Positions 25,165 to 38,040 of a DNA stretch of 64,000 nt are shown here, piece after piece. Origin of the DNA: Vicugna vicugna. Lineage: Eukaryota. The position numbers and the translations under genes were made by a program. The stretch is from NCBI GenBank assembly GCA_013265495.1, contig MU061544.1, positions 334,214 through 398,213 on the forward strand. Direction: 5' to 3'. A model generated the notes under the pieces. The model was not told the origin of the DNA. It did no database searches and saw only the letters and a program-made list of their open reading frames with translations. Numbering within the stretch: position 1 is the first letter of the stretch; each line of letters opens with the position of its first letter.

Positions 25165-25860
25165 GGAGAAAGTTCCAAGGCCTGTGGCTGGGAGGTTGTG
25201 AGCATGAGAAGGGTATGAGTGTTGATAACATTGAGTGAACAAGAAAGGGGATGTCAAGAGACAAGGAGAGAGAGATTTTAGAAAACCAGATCATGCAGAA
25301 CCCTGTAGGTCACTACAAGGACTTGGGCCTTTAGTCAAGTGAAATTAACAAGTAACGGGAGGTATTTGAGCAAAGGAGTGACATGACTGGACTTTTCTTT
25401 TATAAAGACCACTTCAATCGCTCTACTGAGAAGAGATTGGTGAGAGGGTCAAGAAGGGAGGAGGGGAGACAGGAGGCTGTGGATGGATGCTGGGGGCTAG
25501 GGCTTGCTAGTAGTGAAACTAATGAGAGGTAAATATAATCTAAAGGCAAAGAAGATAGGGAGTCTTGATAGTTTGGATATGGGGTATGACCCAAGTTTTT
25601 TTGATTAAGCAGTTGGAAAATGTAGTCTGTCAAATGGGTACATAATTTGTGGAGCCTGGGGCAAAATGAAAACACAGGGTATCTTGTTAAAAAATTACTA
25701 AAGATGTCAAGATTCTGACAGTGGAGCCCAAACATGAACTTCACAGACTGCACGCCCAGGATGCCCTGGATGCAAGTGCTATTTGCCAATCTTAGGAGGA
25801 GCAGGTTTGTAGATAGAAGAGAGGCTGTGTTTAGACATTTTTGGTTTGAGGCAATACATT
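25165..25860 (-). mobile_element. L2 fragment
   Basis: CCAGATCATGCAGAACCCTGTAGGTCACTACAAGGACTTGGGC...TTTGAGCAAAGGAGTGACATGA...TTTTATAAAGACCACT. Confidence 0.8.
25628..25768 (-). mobile_element. MER45A-like hAT-Tip100 MITE nested in L2
   Basis: GGGCAAAATGAAAACACAGGGTATCTTGTTAAAAAATTACTAA.GATGTCAAGA...GCACGCCCAGGATGCCCTG resembles antisense MER45A. Confidence 0.65.
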
Positions 25861-26929
25861 TGACAGTGCTTAGTAAACAATAACATTTACTTCCAATATA
25901 TTTTATAAAATCTATCCAGTCATGGAGGATTTATGTGCATAGAATGTTAAAGCTCTGAATATAGAGAAATATCTGAACATTGGTGAATGGTGAAGTCACC
26001 TTTCCTCAGCCATTCATACACCACCTCGAGGGAATAGTCAAGTTTAGTCTGTTGAATGGTTTTAAATATCCGGGGAGCAGTTGCAGGCAGTGAAATGATT
26101 CAGAACAAACTTCTAATTTGATTAGAAAAGGTGGTGTGTAAAACAATTTCAGAAGGGTCTGAAATCAGTTGAATTTTTGCTCTAATATTTACATCTATTC
26201 AATGGAGGGATAGCAATGCCAATATACAATCATCAATGAATGTGTGCAATTTGATTTTAAAGCATTTCTTGAGATTTGCTTATGTGCTTATGTATCCAAC
26301 TTTCAAACTGCAACAAAATTAATGCCAGCATTTGTCAGAAGACTCCAGGAATTGATCAAGACACTCACTGAATTGGCCAGTCACCCCCAAGTTCTACCCA
26401 GAAAACCCATGCCTTATAGAGGTACCCAGGAAGAGCATATTGGCAAAGGATGCTTGTAAATATGATCAGAAAAATGGTTGTGCTAATTTAATATTGATAC
26501 AAGAATAATCAGAGTTCCACTATCAGTAAATAAAGCATCAACTTTATGTTTAAACCTACAGGTCACTTAGACTCTTTCGAGAAAAATGGATAATAAAGAA
26601 AAATACTGAAAAATTACTCAAAATCTTACAGCTTACAGAAAGCCAACAAAATATTTCCAGTCTTTCCATGTTAGTGTATATTTTAGATTTATAATAAAAA
26701 ATACATTATTTGTCTCTATATATGGGGGAGAAAATTGTAAATGTTTACTGTTTTAACACACTGGCATAAAGCTATTAATGATGGTCTCTTTAATCTATTG
26801 TATTTCTAGTTGTGCCAACTCTTTAATTTCTACTACCATCTAATACCATTGAATACCTAAAAATTAGTTTTCAATCATCTTTATTATATTTTAATTTTCT
26901 TCTAAGTAATATTAAACAAAAATCTTTAT

Positions 26930-28480
26930 CTGCAAGGGTTTTGCCTCAGTTCAGTTCCCAATACTTTTCCAATTTTCACTGTTATTTCTTCAACTTATAA
27001 ACTTTCATTTTTCTAATTTTAAAACATGTGTGGTTTAGTAGTCTTTGTTATTGATCACTAAATTATACTTTTGTTGAGAATGTAGCCTGTATGCTATAGA
27101 CTTTGAATTTTCTGAGTCTTGGTTTACAACCCAGATTATGATCAAATTTTAAAATATTCTTTGTGTGCTTGATAGTAAAATTTATACTTTCCCTGTTTGG
27201 ACATAAGCATAAGGTAACTCTTAAGCTTATTTATTTTGTTAATTATGTCTCAACAAATTCTAAATCCATACTTTAAATCTGTTTCAATTTCTTTATTTGA
27301 GAAACATTTGAAAACACTCCCACTCTAATTCTGGAGCTGTCTCTCTTTGAAATATTGATCATTTTTGCACTGCAGATTTTAGACATAACATAAAGTTATT
27401 AAGTGCATATTGTTGAATATTTTTCATAATACTGAATTGAAATTATCATTATATTATGATACAATTTTAAACTATTTTTGTCTTAATATATATTTCATAA
27501 TGATTGAAGGACTATTTAAGAGATGCACTTAAACCATATGGAAAAAAATTGCTAGAAATTAAAAGAATGGTTATATATATATTATGTATGACAGAGAGAC
27601 CTATATCATCTGTGTAGCTAGCTAGACCCTTATCTATATATTTTTATATATATTTCATATGAAGACTTCAGGCTATTTGCATTTATAGTGATCATTGATG
27701 CATTAAATAATTTTAACATTCATTTTTCATTTGTTCTAATCTTACTTGACTTTCCTACTTTCTTGCCTTCATTTACTGCCTAAGTTTTTTGATATATTGT
27801 TCTTTTTACTGCATTGTATATTCCATATGTATTATTTTGCTGACTGCATATGCAATTAAAAAATTATTTATTGAAGTATAGTCAGCTTACAATATTGTGT
27901 CAATTTCTGGTGTACAGAATAATATTTCAATCATATATATTCATTTTCATATTCTTTTTCATTATAGGTTACTACAAGATATTGAATACAGTTTCCTGTG
28001 CTATACAGAAGACACCTGTTTATCTATTTTATACGTAGTAGTTATTAGTATCTGCAGATCTCCAACTCCCAATTTATCCCTTGCCACCCTCTTTCCCTAC
28101 TGGTAACCATAATGCACATGCAATTTTAACATCCATATTTGAAATTAACAAATTTTGAAAGTGACATTACTATCTTTCTCTGAAACAATAATGACCTTAA
28201 AAATATTTACTCCAGTAACTCCTATTTCATATTACAAAGTGTTATTCATTATTTATGTTCATTATTTGTTTAAACTTCCCAACATGTTTACTAATGTCTT
28301 TGTTCATTCGTCCTTTATCTGTTTTACCCACGTAGTTTAATTTTTATCTTCAAGTGTATATTTGAAAGTTCTTTCTGTGACGGTCTCTCCTTTTTCCCCT
28401 CTATCTGTCTGAAAGTGGCTCTTAGTGTACTTATTCTTAAATGATAGTAGTAGTAGTATTGAATAGGCTCCTCCCAGTTG
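26930..28480 (-). mobile_element. Very old L1M fragments
   Basis: T-rich degenerate sequence with antisense L1 ORF1/ORF2-type motifs (ATGATCAAATTTTAAAAATATTCTTTGTGTGCTTGA; CATTTATAGTGATCATTGAT). Confidence 0.5.
27858..28112 (-). mobile_element. Young 5'-truncated L1 (camelid-type 3' UTR)
   Basis: TTTATTGAAGTATAGTCAGCTTACAATATTGTGTCAATTTCTGGTGTACAG...GGTAACCATAA. TSD TGCATATGCAATT (27845-27857) / TGCACATGCAATT (28113-28125). Confidence 0.9.
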
Positions 28481-29310
28481 TAACATGGCCATTTGCAACC
28501 AGGAATCACTTTTTGTGTTAATTTCTCAAATTGAAATTTACTAGAGCCTGGAGAAATGATAAAATCAAACCAGACATGTAAGGCAGGCCTGTATTTTCGA
28601 TTTTTCATGCTATTTTTTTCTTTTTATCCAATCTAAAGTCTAATCAGAGGCCAGTGAGCTTCCTGATTTTCTTTTGCTGACACATGGAGTCTTTCTTAGT
28701 CTACTTTCTCTGTCTATGTTAACATTTTAGGATCCTGAATTGTTTCCCAGGTATCAGTTTCAACTGCATTATGTCCCCCATCTTCATGACTACTAAAATT
28801 CTTTGGTAGCTAAGATGAGTAAATTCCCACTGTGTCTTCACAAAGAAGTCAGCTTTATTAGGGACATCTCTATTTGCTCTAAAATTCTTCCCTATGCTGT
28901 GCAGACATGATTTTTATTAATTGAACTGCTGTGACCCCTATTCCTCCCTGCTGTTTTTCCAACTTAACCATCAGGAAAAACACCTGAATGCATTTAATGC
29001 TCCTTTTATAATAACTGAAAATATTAATGTCCTACATACCTGCCTGTCACTTAAACACATGCATGTACCAAATTCAACTGTACACAGACACACAAACACA
29101 GGATGAGGCTTTCTCTTTCTTAGGTTAAGCACCGTTATGTCCTCAAACATTCTGCAAATAAGACTTTCAAAATTCTCTTTTCATTTTGGTCAATCTATCA
29201 GATCCATCAAGATTTGTCAACTTCTCTCTAAAAATATGGATTTCTTAATTAAACACAGACCTTATATATATTTGGCCATTCAAAACAGATGAAAACTATT
29301 GCCTTTCTTG

Positions 29311-29483
29311 GTTTTTTCCCCGGTAGGTGTGATATAAAATATGTAACATGAGATCTATCCTGAAGAAATTTTTAAGTATACATACAGCATTGTTAACTAT
29401 AAACACAATCTTGTACAGCAGATCTCCAGGAGTTTTTTTTCAATCTAGCTGTTTATGGGTACAGAGGTTCAGTCATGCAAGAT
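29311..29483 (-). mobile_element. Short L1MA-type insertion with inverted 5' segment
   Basis: Antisense L1 3' end (29311-29449) followed by the sense L1 segment GTTTATGGGTACAGAGGTTCAGTCATGCAAGAT (29451-29483). Flanking repeats ATTGCCTTTCTTGGTTTT / ATTGCCTCACTTGTTTT. Confidence 0.7.
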
Positions 29484-30674
29484 TGCCTCACTTGTTTTGA
29501 CATCACATGCTATGAAATAAGCCTTTTGTATCAACCTTTAATTTAAGTAAAGGCTATAAATCATAAAATGATCGACTCGCACAATTGAAAGGGACATACA
29601 TCCAGTTTAATAATTCATGGAGGTATATTTTAACATGAATTCCTGTTAAACTAGATAACTGAAAGACTGAATATATGTATATGATATTTCAGAATTTATT
29701 GATAGATTTCACATTAACCCCTACTGAACTTCAATTTTTGGTTTTATCAATATATCATCATCTATGAATTACAGCAGATAATCTATAATTCTAAGTCTTT
29801 TGATTTGAAAGATTATTATATGCATTATCTTCATCTCCATTGTATTTTAACCCTCTTAGATGTTTTGTTTAATTAAGCCAATATGTTGCAATTTTTAAAG
29901 TTCTGATCCTAGACTGTTAGTTTTGTGTACCCTTAGTAACTTTGGTTACATAAGCCAACATATAAATGACAATACTGATTCCTAATCATACTAACCTAGA
30001 GAAAAAGGAGTATTATATCTGAATTGTCTGGTTGATCTTTCATTCTCTATATTTTTGCAGCTATGGCACAAACCCTAAATGCAAATAGATGAAGCTTAAC
30101 TGTTCTACAATTATTCTACAAACAGCACAACTACTTCAAGTTAACAAGCATACTGACATATAATATTACTGTTATCCTACAGTAACTTCTAAAATATTCC
30201 AGAAAATTGAGTGAGAAAAAAACAATGAGCTAGGGAGAAGGGTTGTCATGAAAAAGTCTCTAATTGGGAACTATAGAAAGTGAATTCACTTCACGACTTT
30301 TTTTCCCTCCTCTTTCACTTCCAGCCACAATTACAATGTCTTTCTAAGAGAAGGAAGCAACGTAAAACTTCGTACTACAGAGCATCTTTATAAAGAGGAT
30401 AAATGAAAAAGAAATTCCGGAGTGTAATTCTGTGTGAAAGGGAATCATTTTTGTAAATACTGATAGTAACCCATGAAACTGAAATGAAATTTCTATGCCA
30501 GAAAATAGTTAACTTGCACAATTTTTAAAACTTTATTTTCCTACTGTATATATACTGTTTATTTACATTTCAAATCTAAAATTTTAAAAAATAAACCCAC
30601 TTAGAGGTTGATCCAGTCTAACTGGTAATATACTTAATGTAAGAAAATTAAAATATCTCATGAAATCTAACCAT

Positions 30675-30725
30675 GATAGAAAGATAGATAGATAGATTGA
30701 TAAATAAATGGATAGATTAGATAGA
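30675..30725 (+). repeat. Degenerate (GATA)n microsatellite
   Basis: GATAGAAAGATAGATAGATAGATTGATAAATAAATGGATAGATTAGATAGA. Confidence 0.85.
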
Positions 30726-31189
30726 CTTTTAAAATCACCAAATGCTAGAAAATTAAGCTCTGTCTCTAATAAGGAAAGCTGTCCACCTTTGCAAAAGATC
30801 TCAAGTTCAATGTTACATGAAAGAAAGTAGATTTTGTTTCTACTGGACAGTATTTTTTTCCTATTAGTCAAGCCACTCATAACTATATTTGTTAAATAAG
30901 ATAATTAATAATCATAACACTATAACATTAAATTATATTATAAATATTACTAAAAATATTTCCTTGCACAGAAAAAAATTATTTCTTAGAATAAATTCTA
31001 CCCAGTGTCCTAGTTGCAAAGGGGGCAAGTTTGATTCAACTTTCACAATGGTTTTTATTAGAAAATCCTTCTAATATTTGTAGATGTAAGAAACCTTGAT
31101 AAATCTCTTCAGAAATATAAATCTCATTTCCCTTTCCCTCTTTTGACATAATATTGAGTGTTCTCACAACAGTGATTGTGATTTTTTTT

Positions 31190-32130
31190 TAACTGGGTCT
31201 AGTTTGTCTATATTCACGTAAAATTATGGTGCTCAAATCTGAACCCAAAGCTCTAGGTCTCAGCAGATAAGGCAAAAACCAAATTCTCATCTTTGGTGTT
31301 CTAGACACTGTATTTATAAAGAATTCAGACTTAACATATTAACTATTATTTTTGCCCACATCTTCTATTCTATTGAGTTTATTACTAAATCTAAAATTAT
31401 AATGCACTCTAAAAGTACAATCCATAAGCCACCAGCTCTTTTAATCTTTTATGTATATACTTCCAGGGCTGCAGAGTATTAAGGACACCAACTCTGGCCT
31501 GCTCAAAATATGTTAAGTTCTTGGAACCTCCACTAGTGCATAATTAAGGAAAATACACCCACCCTAATAGTGTGGTTAAAGAAAGAAAATTGGATAATAT
31601 AAATAACATTCTCAGTGTTATGCCTAGTACATAGCAAAGGCACAAATTAATCATGCACAATAACGTGTTATTTTAAACTAGGTAGCTATGGGCATAATTA
31701 GGGAGCACATATGCAAGGCTTTTAAATGTTGCCTAATAAAATGTCCTCTTGTTAGATCTGGCCCATCATTCCAGTCTATTGACATCTTTTTGAATACAGA
31801 TTCTGTTAACCAGCGAATTTATTCTTTCCACTTCTGTGTCATCTGTAATTTTGATAATCATGTTTTTCCAAACTTGGCTGCAATGATTGACAATATTAGG
31901 CAAAACAGAGCCTCTTCTTCTCTGTGTAGTCAACCACATATAATCCTGCCTAAATGAACTCCTTTCCATGGTCTCTGTCTACAGCTTTTCATGAAAATAT
32001 CATAGGAGAAAATGTCACATGCTTTGCTGATGTCCAGAAACACACAGTTCCCTGCTTCACTATCCTAATGAGCTGTCATAAAATGAAAGGTGGTTTAGCT
32101 TGACAGGTCTTGTTCTTGTGAATTCTGTCT
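31190..32130 (-). mobile_element. L3/CR1 LINE ORF2 (reverse transcriptase) relic, interrupted by MIR
   Basis: ORF 31766-31969(-) translates GSVLPNIVN...MIIKITDDTEVERINSLVNRICIQKDVNRLE, matching CR1 RT motifs (QGSVLGP.LFN; IKFADDTKL...RIQ.DL.RLE). Confidence 0.8.
31465..31660 (+). mobile_element. MIR fragment
   Basis: GTGGTTAAAGAAAGAAAATTGGATAATATAAATAACATTCTCAG...TGCCTAGTACATAGCAAAGGCACAAATTAAT. Confidence 0.6.
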
Positions 32131-32746
32131 GACCACTCTTGATAAAGGCTTCTTCTGGGACTGGGATTTTCTTTACTTGAAAGTTACTTCATTGGAGTAA
32201 CCTAGAGCTGGAGATCTTCACAATCTATCAAGTTCTACATGGCCTGGGGATGTCAAGGGAGCGTGCTTTCTCATAAAGCACAGGTCCCTTCATCCTAGTA
32301 GACTGTGCAGGTCCATATTCACCTCGGTCCTATCTCTTCTGAATGTATGAAAGTATCCCTGCTACACCAACATAGCATTTTCAAGGAATGTCAAGGTCAA
32401 CAACCATTGCAATCAATCTCACTACCTTCTGAGATAAGAGGTCTGGGCCAGGATACTTGAATTCGTATTTACAAGTATGGTAAATTTGGAGGCTTACATT
32501 CCCTCTCATCAATATTTGGAAAAAGGAAAAAAATTGAGAATAGAAAATGAAAATAATGATGAGCTGTGTCATGTCCCATCATCTGTTACTATAATGCCAT
32601 CTGCAGAATTTCCTTTTTCGTGCTAATTCTTGGTCTAAAGCAGTGCAAATAAAGGATAGTAGTATCTAAGCAGAGAAGTTTATCCCTTCGTAGGTGACAT
32701 TAAGGATTATTTTTTAACTTTTTTATACAGACACGAAAACCATCTC

Positions 32747-33321
32747 TGCAGTAAGCAGAATTCATAGTTGATACTATAAGATCCCCCACCTCTGCTGTAT
32801 GCACACCTTCTCCCAGCTAGTCATTCAAATGCTAGTCTAAGTACTGCTGAGAAGGGATTGTGCTAATATAATTAAAATCCCAAATCAGTTGCTCTTAAGA
32901 TACAATGCTTATCTGGGTGGGCTTGATCCCTTTAAAATCATGTGATGAAAGAAGAGGAAGTCAGAGAAACATGCTCCAATTACAGCCTAGAAAGTAAAAA
33001 CACATGCCATGAATTGCTATGGGGACCACGTGGCCAGGAACTATGGACAGCCTCTGGATTCTAACAGCAGTCTACAGCTAGCAGGAAAAGGGGGGCCTCA
33101 GTCTTGCAGTTCATTTTAAAAACAACCAGTGAGCTTGAAAGAGGACCCTGAGCCCTAGATGAGAATGACAGCCCAAACACCTTGATGTCTGCCTGGAAAG
33201 TCTGTGAGCAAAGACTCCAGGCAGACATTTTCCTACAGAAACTGTGAGATAATACATTTGTATAGTTTGAAGACACAAAGTTTATGGTAATGTTATGCAG
33301 CAATAGAAAATGAAAATAACA
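32747..33321 (+). mobile_element. MLT1-family MaLR LTR
   Basis: TGCAGTAAGCAGAATTC...GCCCTAGATGAGAATGACAGCCC...ACAGAAACTGTGAGATAATA...TTATGGTAATGTTATGCAGCAATAGAAAA. Confidence 0.85.
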
Positions 33322-33324
33322 CAT

Positions 33325-33915
33325 GTATCCTAAGTACACAACTTAATAAATTTTCACAAAGTACAACTAGTATCCAGAACAAGAAATTGTACATCTCAGA
33401 AGTCACCTTCATACCCCACCCATATCTCACCATTCCTCCACCTCTGTCCCCAGGAGTAACAACTGCCCAGACTTAAAACAAAAACAAAAACAAAAACAAA
33501 AACAACTTCTTTTGGGAGGGGGTGATTAGGTATGTATGTATGTATGTATGTATGTATTTAAAATGGAGGCACTGGGAATTGAATCCAGGACTTTGTGCAT
33601 GCTAGGCACACTCTACTGCTGAGCTACACCCTCCCGCTGCCCTGAGTTTCAACAGTATAGATTTGTATGTAAACAGAAGTCATCCATTATACGCTCTTTT
33701 GGCTTTAGTTTCTTTAATTCAACAAGACTGTTGGTAAGGTTTATATGGATTGTTACATAGAAGAATAGATCACTTCATTATCACTGCTGTGTAACAGTCT
33801 ATTGTGTGAGTAGACGACAGTTTACCCATTCATTTGACTTCTTGGTTATATGGGTAGTTTCCACTGTGGGGCTACTGCAAAGCATTCTAGCAGATGTCTT
33901 TTGGGTGTGCGTGAT
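33325..33915 (-). mobile_element. Old L1 (L1MC/ME-type) 3' fragment hosting a SINE
   Basis: AAGTACACAACTTAATAAATTTTCACAAAGT...TTTACCCATTCA...TGGGTAGTTTCCACTGTGGGGCTA...CATTCTAG.AGATGTCTTTTGG. Confidence 0.7.
33508..33635 (-). mobile_element. tRNA-Ala-derived SINE (vic-1-like, long form with 3' tail)
   Basis: Reverse complement reads GGGAGGGTGTAGCTCAGCAGTAGAG...GTCCTGGATTCAATTCCCAGTGCCTCCA, then (TACA)n and CCTAATCACCCCCTCCCAAAA. Adjacent (AAAAAC)n; flanks CTGCCCAGACTT / CTGCCCTGAGTT. Confidence 0.88.
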
Positions 33916-34119
33916 ATTTGGTATTCAATTAAGAGAATTAGCCATTCCAGAAAAGTGGATGAGAGCTGTAATAGTGAGAAAAGAGTATGTATTTCTGTGC
34001 TGTAGACAGTTATGTATAGCTGTGATCTTGATCAAGTTACTTAATCTTTACTCAGTTTCCACATTTCTAAAATACAAGGTATTAAAAACATAATCCCTGA
34101 CTTCTTTTGAAGATTACAA

Positions 34120-34245
34120 TCTGCTCTGTCCAATGCACTTAAATTTAATGTAAATTATTTGAATAAACTAAATTTAAGACAAGTTTCTTGGTCTCACAAG
34201 CCACATTTTATTTGGTAAATAACCGCACACTATTGGGCAGCACTG
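34120..34245. mobile_element. MER3/MER33-like hAT-Charlie fragment
   Basis: CTGCTCTGTCCAAT...TCACAAGCCACATTT...TATTGGGCAGCACTG inverted termini. Confidence 0.6.
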
Positions 34246-36389
34246 GATGTCTACGAAGTCTTTGAGCCACACTGGCGCTCTGAAATTGCTCCTCAGTAAA
34301 TGACAGTGTGTCACGTGTTTTTTCCACACAATTCCATCACAATTTTGAGGCATTCATTCCTCCACCCAAATAATCTCCTAAATTCTGGCATCCACAGAAG
34401 TGATCTCAGTGATGCTCCTGAAAGTTTTGTTCAATGCTTTGAGGTGTCTTTTATTTTTCCTCATCTTTCTCTCTCCTTCTGGTGACAGATGACAGTGACA
34501 TCCATGACATGGGGACAGGCCACTGCTATGGCTTTCTGTGCCTCCTCCCACTGCAGAGGTTCCTGGAAGTCTCATCATGCCAGACCACAATGGACTGAGA
34601 CTGCCCTTTGGATTGTGAAAAAGACCCGTTCTCTGCTCATCACTAAGCATCCCTTTGTCACAAAGTTGGCAGAAGCGTCCAGGTGTCCTGTCAGTATCTC
34701 ACTGAATCATATGAAACAGCACTCTTTTTAGTTTCCCCCTTGAAAACTCCATTTCTCCTTGAAATTCAGGAATGGGATCTTTGGGAATGACTTAAAGATA
34801 ATCTTGAGAATCACTAAGCTGTTCTCAAAATACTCTTTCTTCTTGGAATGGATTCCTTTCCTTTAAATTCTCTCTCTTCTCCTGCTTATTTGTATTTCCT
34901 TTTATGATTTTCTCTTCAATAGCTATGGTAGTTATTACTATGATTATAGTATTACTATCTTTAATTAGTGATGCTTACTATGTGAAGCATACATATGATA
35001 GGTGCTATGGGAGTTGAAAATGTCATGGCTTCTGTCATTCAGAACTTACAGGAAGGGAGAGACAGTCTAATCTCAAATAATTATAATCTAAGGTAGATAA
35101 TTATATTGCTGGCAGTAAACATGTTTATCCCCATCATTTTCATCATACTTATAAGTTTTAAATATGAAAATAACAGAAATCAGCAAACATCACCATCTAG
35201 TCTTATTCTGCCTTTACTTTTTTTTTTTTTAACTTCAGGACTATTCAATTGTACAGGCAAGCAAGCAATTGTACATGTGATGTAATTTTAAGGAAAACTA
35301 AATATCTTATTTGTATTAATATTTTTCTTCTCTTCAGACTACCTGAAACTCTCAATCTCCAATTGAGGCCATTTACATCCATAAGACTCTTATTAAAATA
35401 AAAGTGTCATTTGGGAGTTCACAGGTGAGAAGGTTGACTGATGATCCCTTGTTTTCTCCTGAATGCCAGTAAACAGGAGGGTTTCTCAGAAAGTGTAACA
35501 AAGAAAGTGAGGGACAGGGAAGGGAGGGGGAGAGTTTGACAGAGGCGGGTAGCGCTGTACATTCATGCCTAGAAGGTGGGCAGGGACCTCCCAAGGGCCC
35601 AAAATCAAGGAAGAGTTGAAGAGAGAGGTTGAAGGAAGAGAAGCATATCTGGACATGGTGACAGTTTAAAACCATCATTTGTGAAAGTCCATTTCACCAT
35701 GTTTGCCATGGTCTATTTCTGCCGTATTTCATACACTTGCCCTTAGACATCCTTATGAAATGCATCCTATTTGAAATTAAAAGACCACATATGGAAGCTT
35801 TTTTTCCCTAAGAGCATGAGGTATTTTGAACCCCCCTGAAAGACTTCTAAAAATATTTTGGGACAAATATGTCATTTGAAAGTTGGAAAACAATGTGGAA
35901 TCACATGACATATGCATAGCAGGCAGAATTCATATTCTTGCATAAGGATTATAAGATTGTACAAATACATAGGCAGACTGTGAGGGAAGAAAAGACATGT
36001 TAAGAGAAGAGAGAGTGCTCAAGAAAGGATTTACTGAGCTGTTCTTATTGAAATAAAATTAATGGAGAGTTCTTTACATTAAAGCAGATCTTAGAGTAGT
36101 TTAGAGTAGTTATGAAGCTAGAGCCAAGACAATCCTAAACTGTACCTCTTGAGATATAAAAATGCCATAGCAACATTTCTAAAGTAATCAGTCACACACA
36201 CCATCAAGATGAAATATATAAACAAACCTTGTATTGTATTTTAAGCTCTCTGATTATATTCACTTCTATCAGGAAGTTACCCTTTTATGCTAAATGTAGT
36301 ACCTACACACATGCAATGTATGGAATTTTTAGCATAAGACAACCTCATACATATTTGTCATATTACTATTTAGTACTGTTTACGTAAGT

Positions 36390-36580
36390 CAGTGATTCTC
36401 AGAGGTGGATCCACAGACTGATAGCATCCAAATCCAGAATTTGTCAGAAATGTAATTGTATTAGTACCACCACCTCCACCTCCACCCCCCAATCCTGAGG
36501 TCTACTTATCAGAAATTCTGGAGGAGAGATGCCGTGATTTGTGCTTTAATAAGCCCTTCCAGTGATGACGCATGACACTG
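36390..36580. mobile_element. MER5A (hAT-Charlie MITE)
   Basis: CAGTGATTCTCA...AGCATC...TTGTCAGAAATGTAATT...TACTTATCAGAAATTCTGG...TTTAATAAGCCCTTCCAGTGAT. Confidence 0.8.
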
Positions 36581-36814
36581 ACAAAGACTATGATACTACT
36601 CGGTGATACCTCATTATTGTGGAAAGGAAAGTGTGATTGAAAAAAATTAAATAAATTCTCTAAATTCTCTTTTACCATGAAGCAAAGGTCTAGAGGAGGT
36701 TCCTCATCTCCCTCATGCCTCCTATTAAACATTTCCAACCACACTTTTGTGCAATAGACCATTTAAGATTCCATCACCAAAATCGGTTTTCAGCTTTAAA
36801 ATGAGTTTCTTCCA

Positions 36815-36940
36815 AAAAAACTTAAAATTGAATTACCAGATGATCTAGTAATTTCACTTCTGGATGCAGACAAAGAATTCAAACCAGGGATTCAAAGAGA
36901 TATTTGTATACCCATGTTCACCACACTATTATTTATAACA
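36815..36940 (+). mobile_element. L1 ORF2 3' fragment
   Basis: TTAAAATTGAATTACCAGATGATCTAGTAATTTCACTTCTGG...GATATTTGTATACCCATGTTCA. Confidence 0.75.
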
Positions 36941-37084
36941 AAAATAAAAATAAATTACAAAGAAACAAAATTGATTTCTATGGTCAGTCTTGGAATTGCA
37001 TTCCAGTTTTTAACATTAACCCCTGCTTACCTGTTTTATGCAAATTTTTCTTTTTCCTGTTGAGGTTGTGCTCATGTGGGAAGC

Positions 37085-37268
37085 TATGAGGTGTGGAAGA
37101 AGCAGAGGGCTTGTGAATCTGAAGATTTGACTTGTAGCCCTGACTCTGAAAACAGTCTAACTCTGGGCACGTAAGAGGAAATTTTGGCCTGGATCTGCTC
37201 ATCTATACAGTAAGAGAGTTGAATAAACTATCTCTAAGGCTTCTTCTAGCTCTAAATTTATGACTCTG
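37085..37268 (+). mobile_element. MIR (MIR3/MIRc-like) fragment
   Basis: GGCTTGTGAATCTGAAGATTTG...CTCTGGGCA.GT...CTCATCTATACAGT...TCTCTAAGGCTTCTTCTAGCTCTAA. Confidence 0.65.
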
Positions 37269-37729
37269 TATCTCATATTGAGAACGAGATCCTCTTTCTT
37301 CTAAGGAAACTAATAAAATTTTCTGTCTTAAAAATCAAATATATGAAAGCACTTTTTAATAGTTTCCCTTTGGAGATTAGAACAATCATTCTGGATGCTA
37401 AAGGCTCACCAAAAATATATACTAAATGAACAAAGGACACACATTACAACCCAGAGAAATATCACTAGTGGTCAAAATTCCAAGAAAATTTCCAAGGGAA
37501 AATCATGCTAAGACGAGCTTGGTAAAATGAGAATTTCCAATTCTTGGAAAGAATGGATTGCCTCCAATGCTTCTGCATAATGGTAACCAAACGTTTTTCC
37601 CCAAATACTGTATAATTGATGTACCTTTGACAGGCTGTGCACCATGGGCCAATGTGGTCTCCAATTAGATTATTCCATGTCACGTATCATTGTAGCAAAG
37701 TTTATTTTTAAGCAGAAATAGTAAATTGT

Positions 37730-38040
37730 AGGAGCAGTGATCAAGTGTTTACTATGTAACAAGCACTGTTTGAAATGTTTTAAATGTATTAACTCAATTG
37801 ATCCTTGCAACAACACTTTGATGTTGGCCAAAAAAGATATTATCCCAATTGTCTAGGTAAGAACACTGAAGCATAAATGTGAAAATAAAATAAAATAAAA
37901 TAAAATAAAATAAGATAAAATAAAATAAAACAAAACAAAACAAAATAAAATAAATAAACATGCTCAAGTCAACAGGAAGCAGAGCTGAGATTTGAACCCA
38001 AGGATTCTGTACTTTGGCTTTGGATTTCTAATTCTCCATC
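37730..38040 (-). mobile_element. MIR containing a (TAAAA/CAAAA)n microsatellite at 37882-37958
   Basis: TTTACTATGTAACAAGCACTGTT...ATTAACTCAATTGATCCTTGCAACAAC...GCAGAGCTGAGATTTGAACCCAAG; the pentamer array is read directly. Confidence 0.75.

Noticed and set aside
25400..25789. 129-aa ORF
   Set aside because: It lies in L2 plus a MER45-like element; a chance or relic frame with a non-ATG start.
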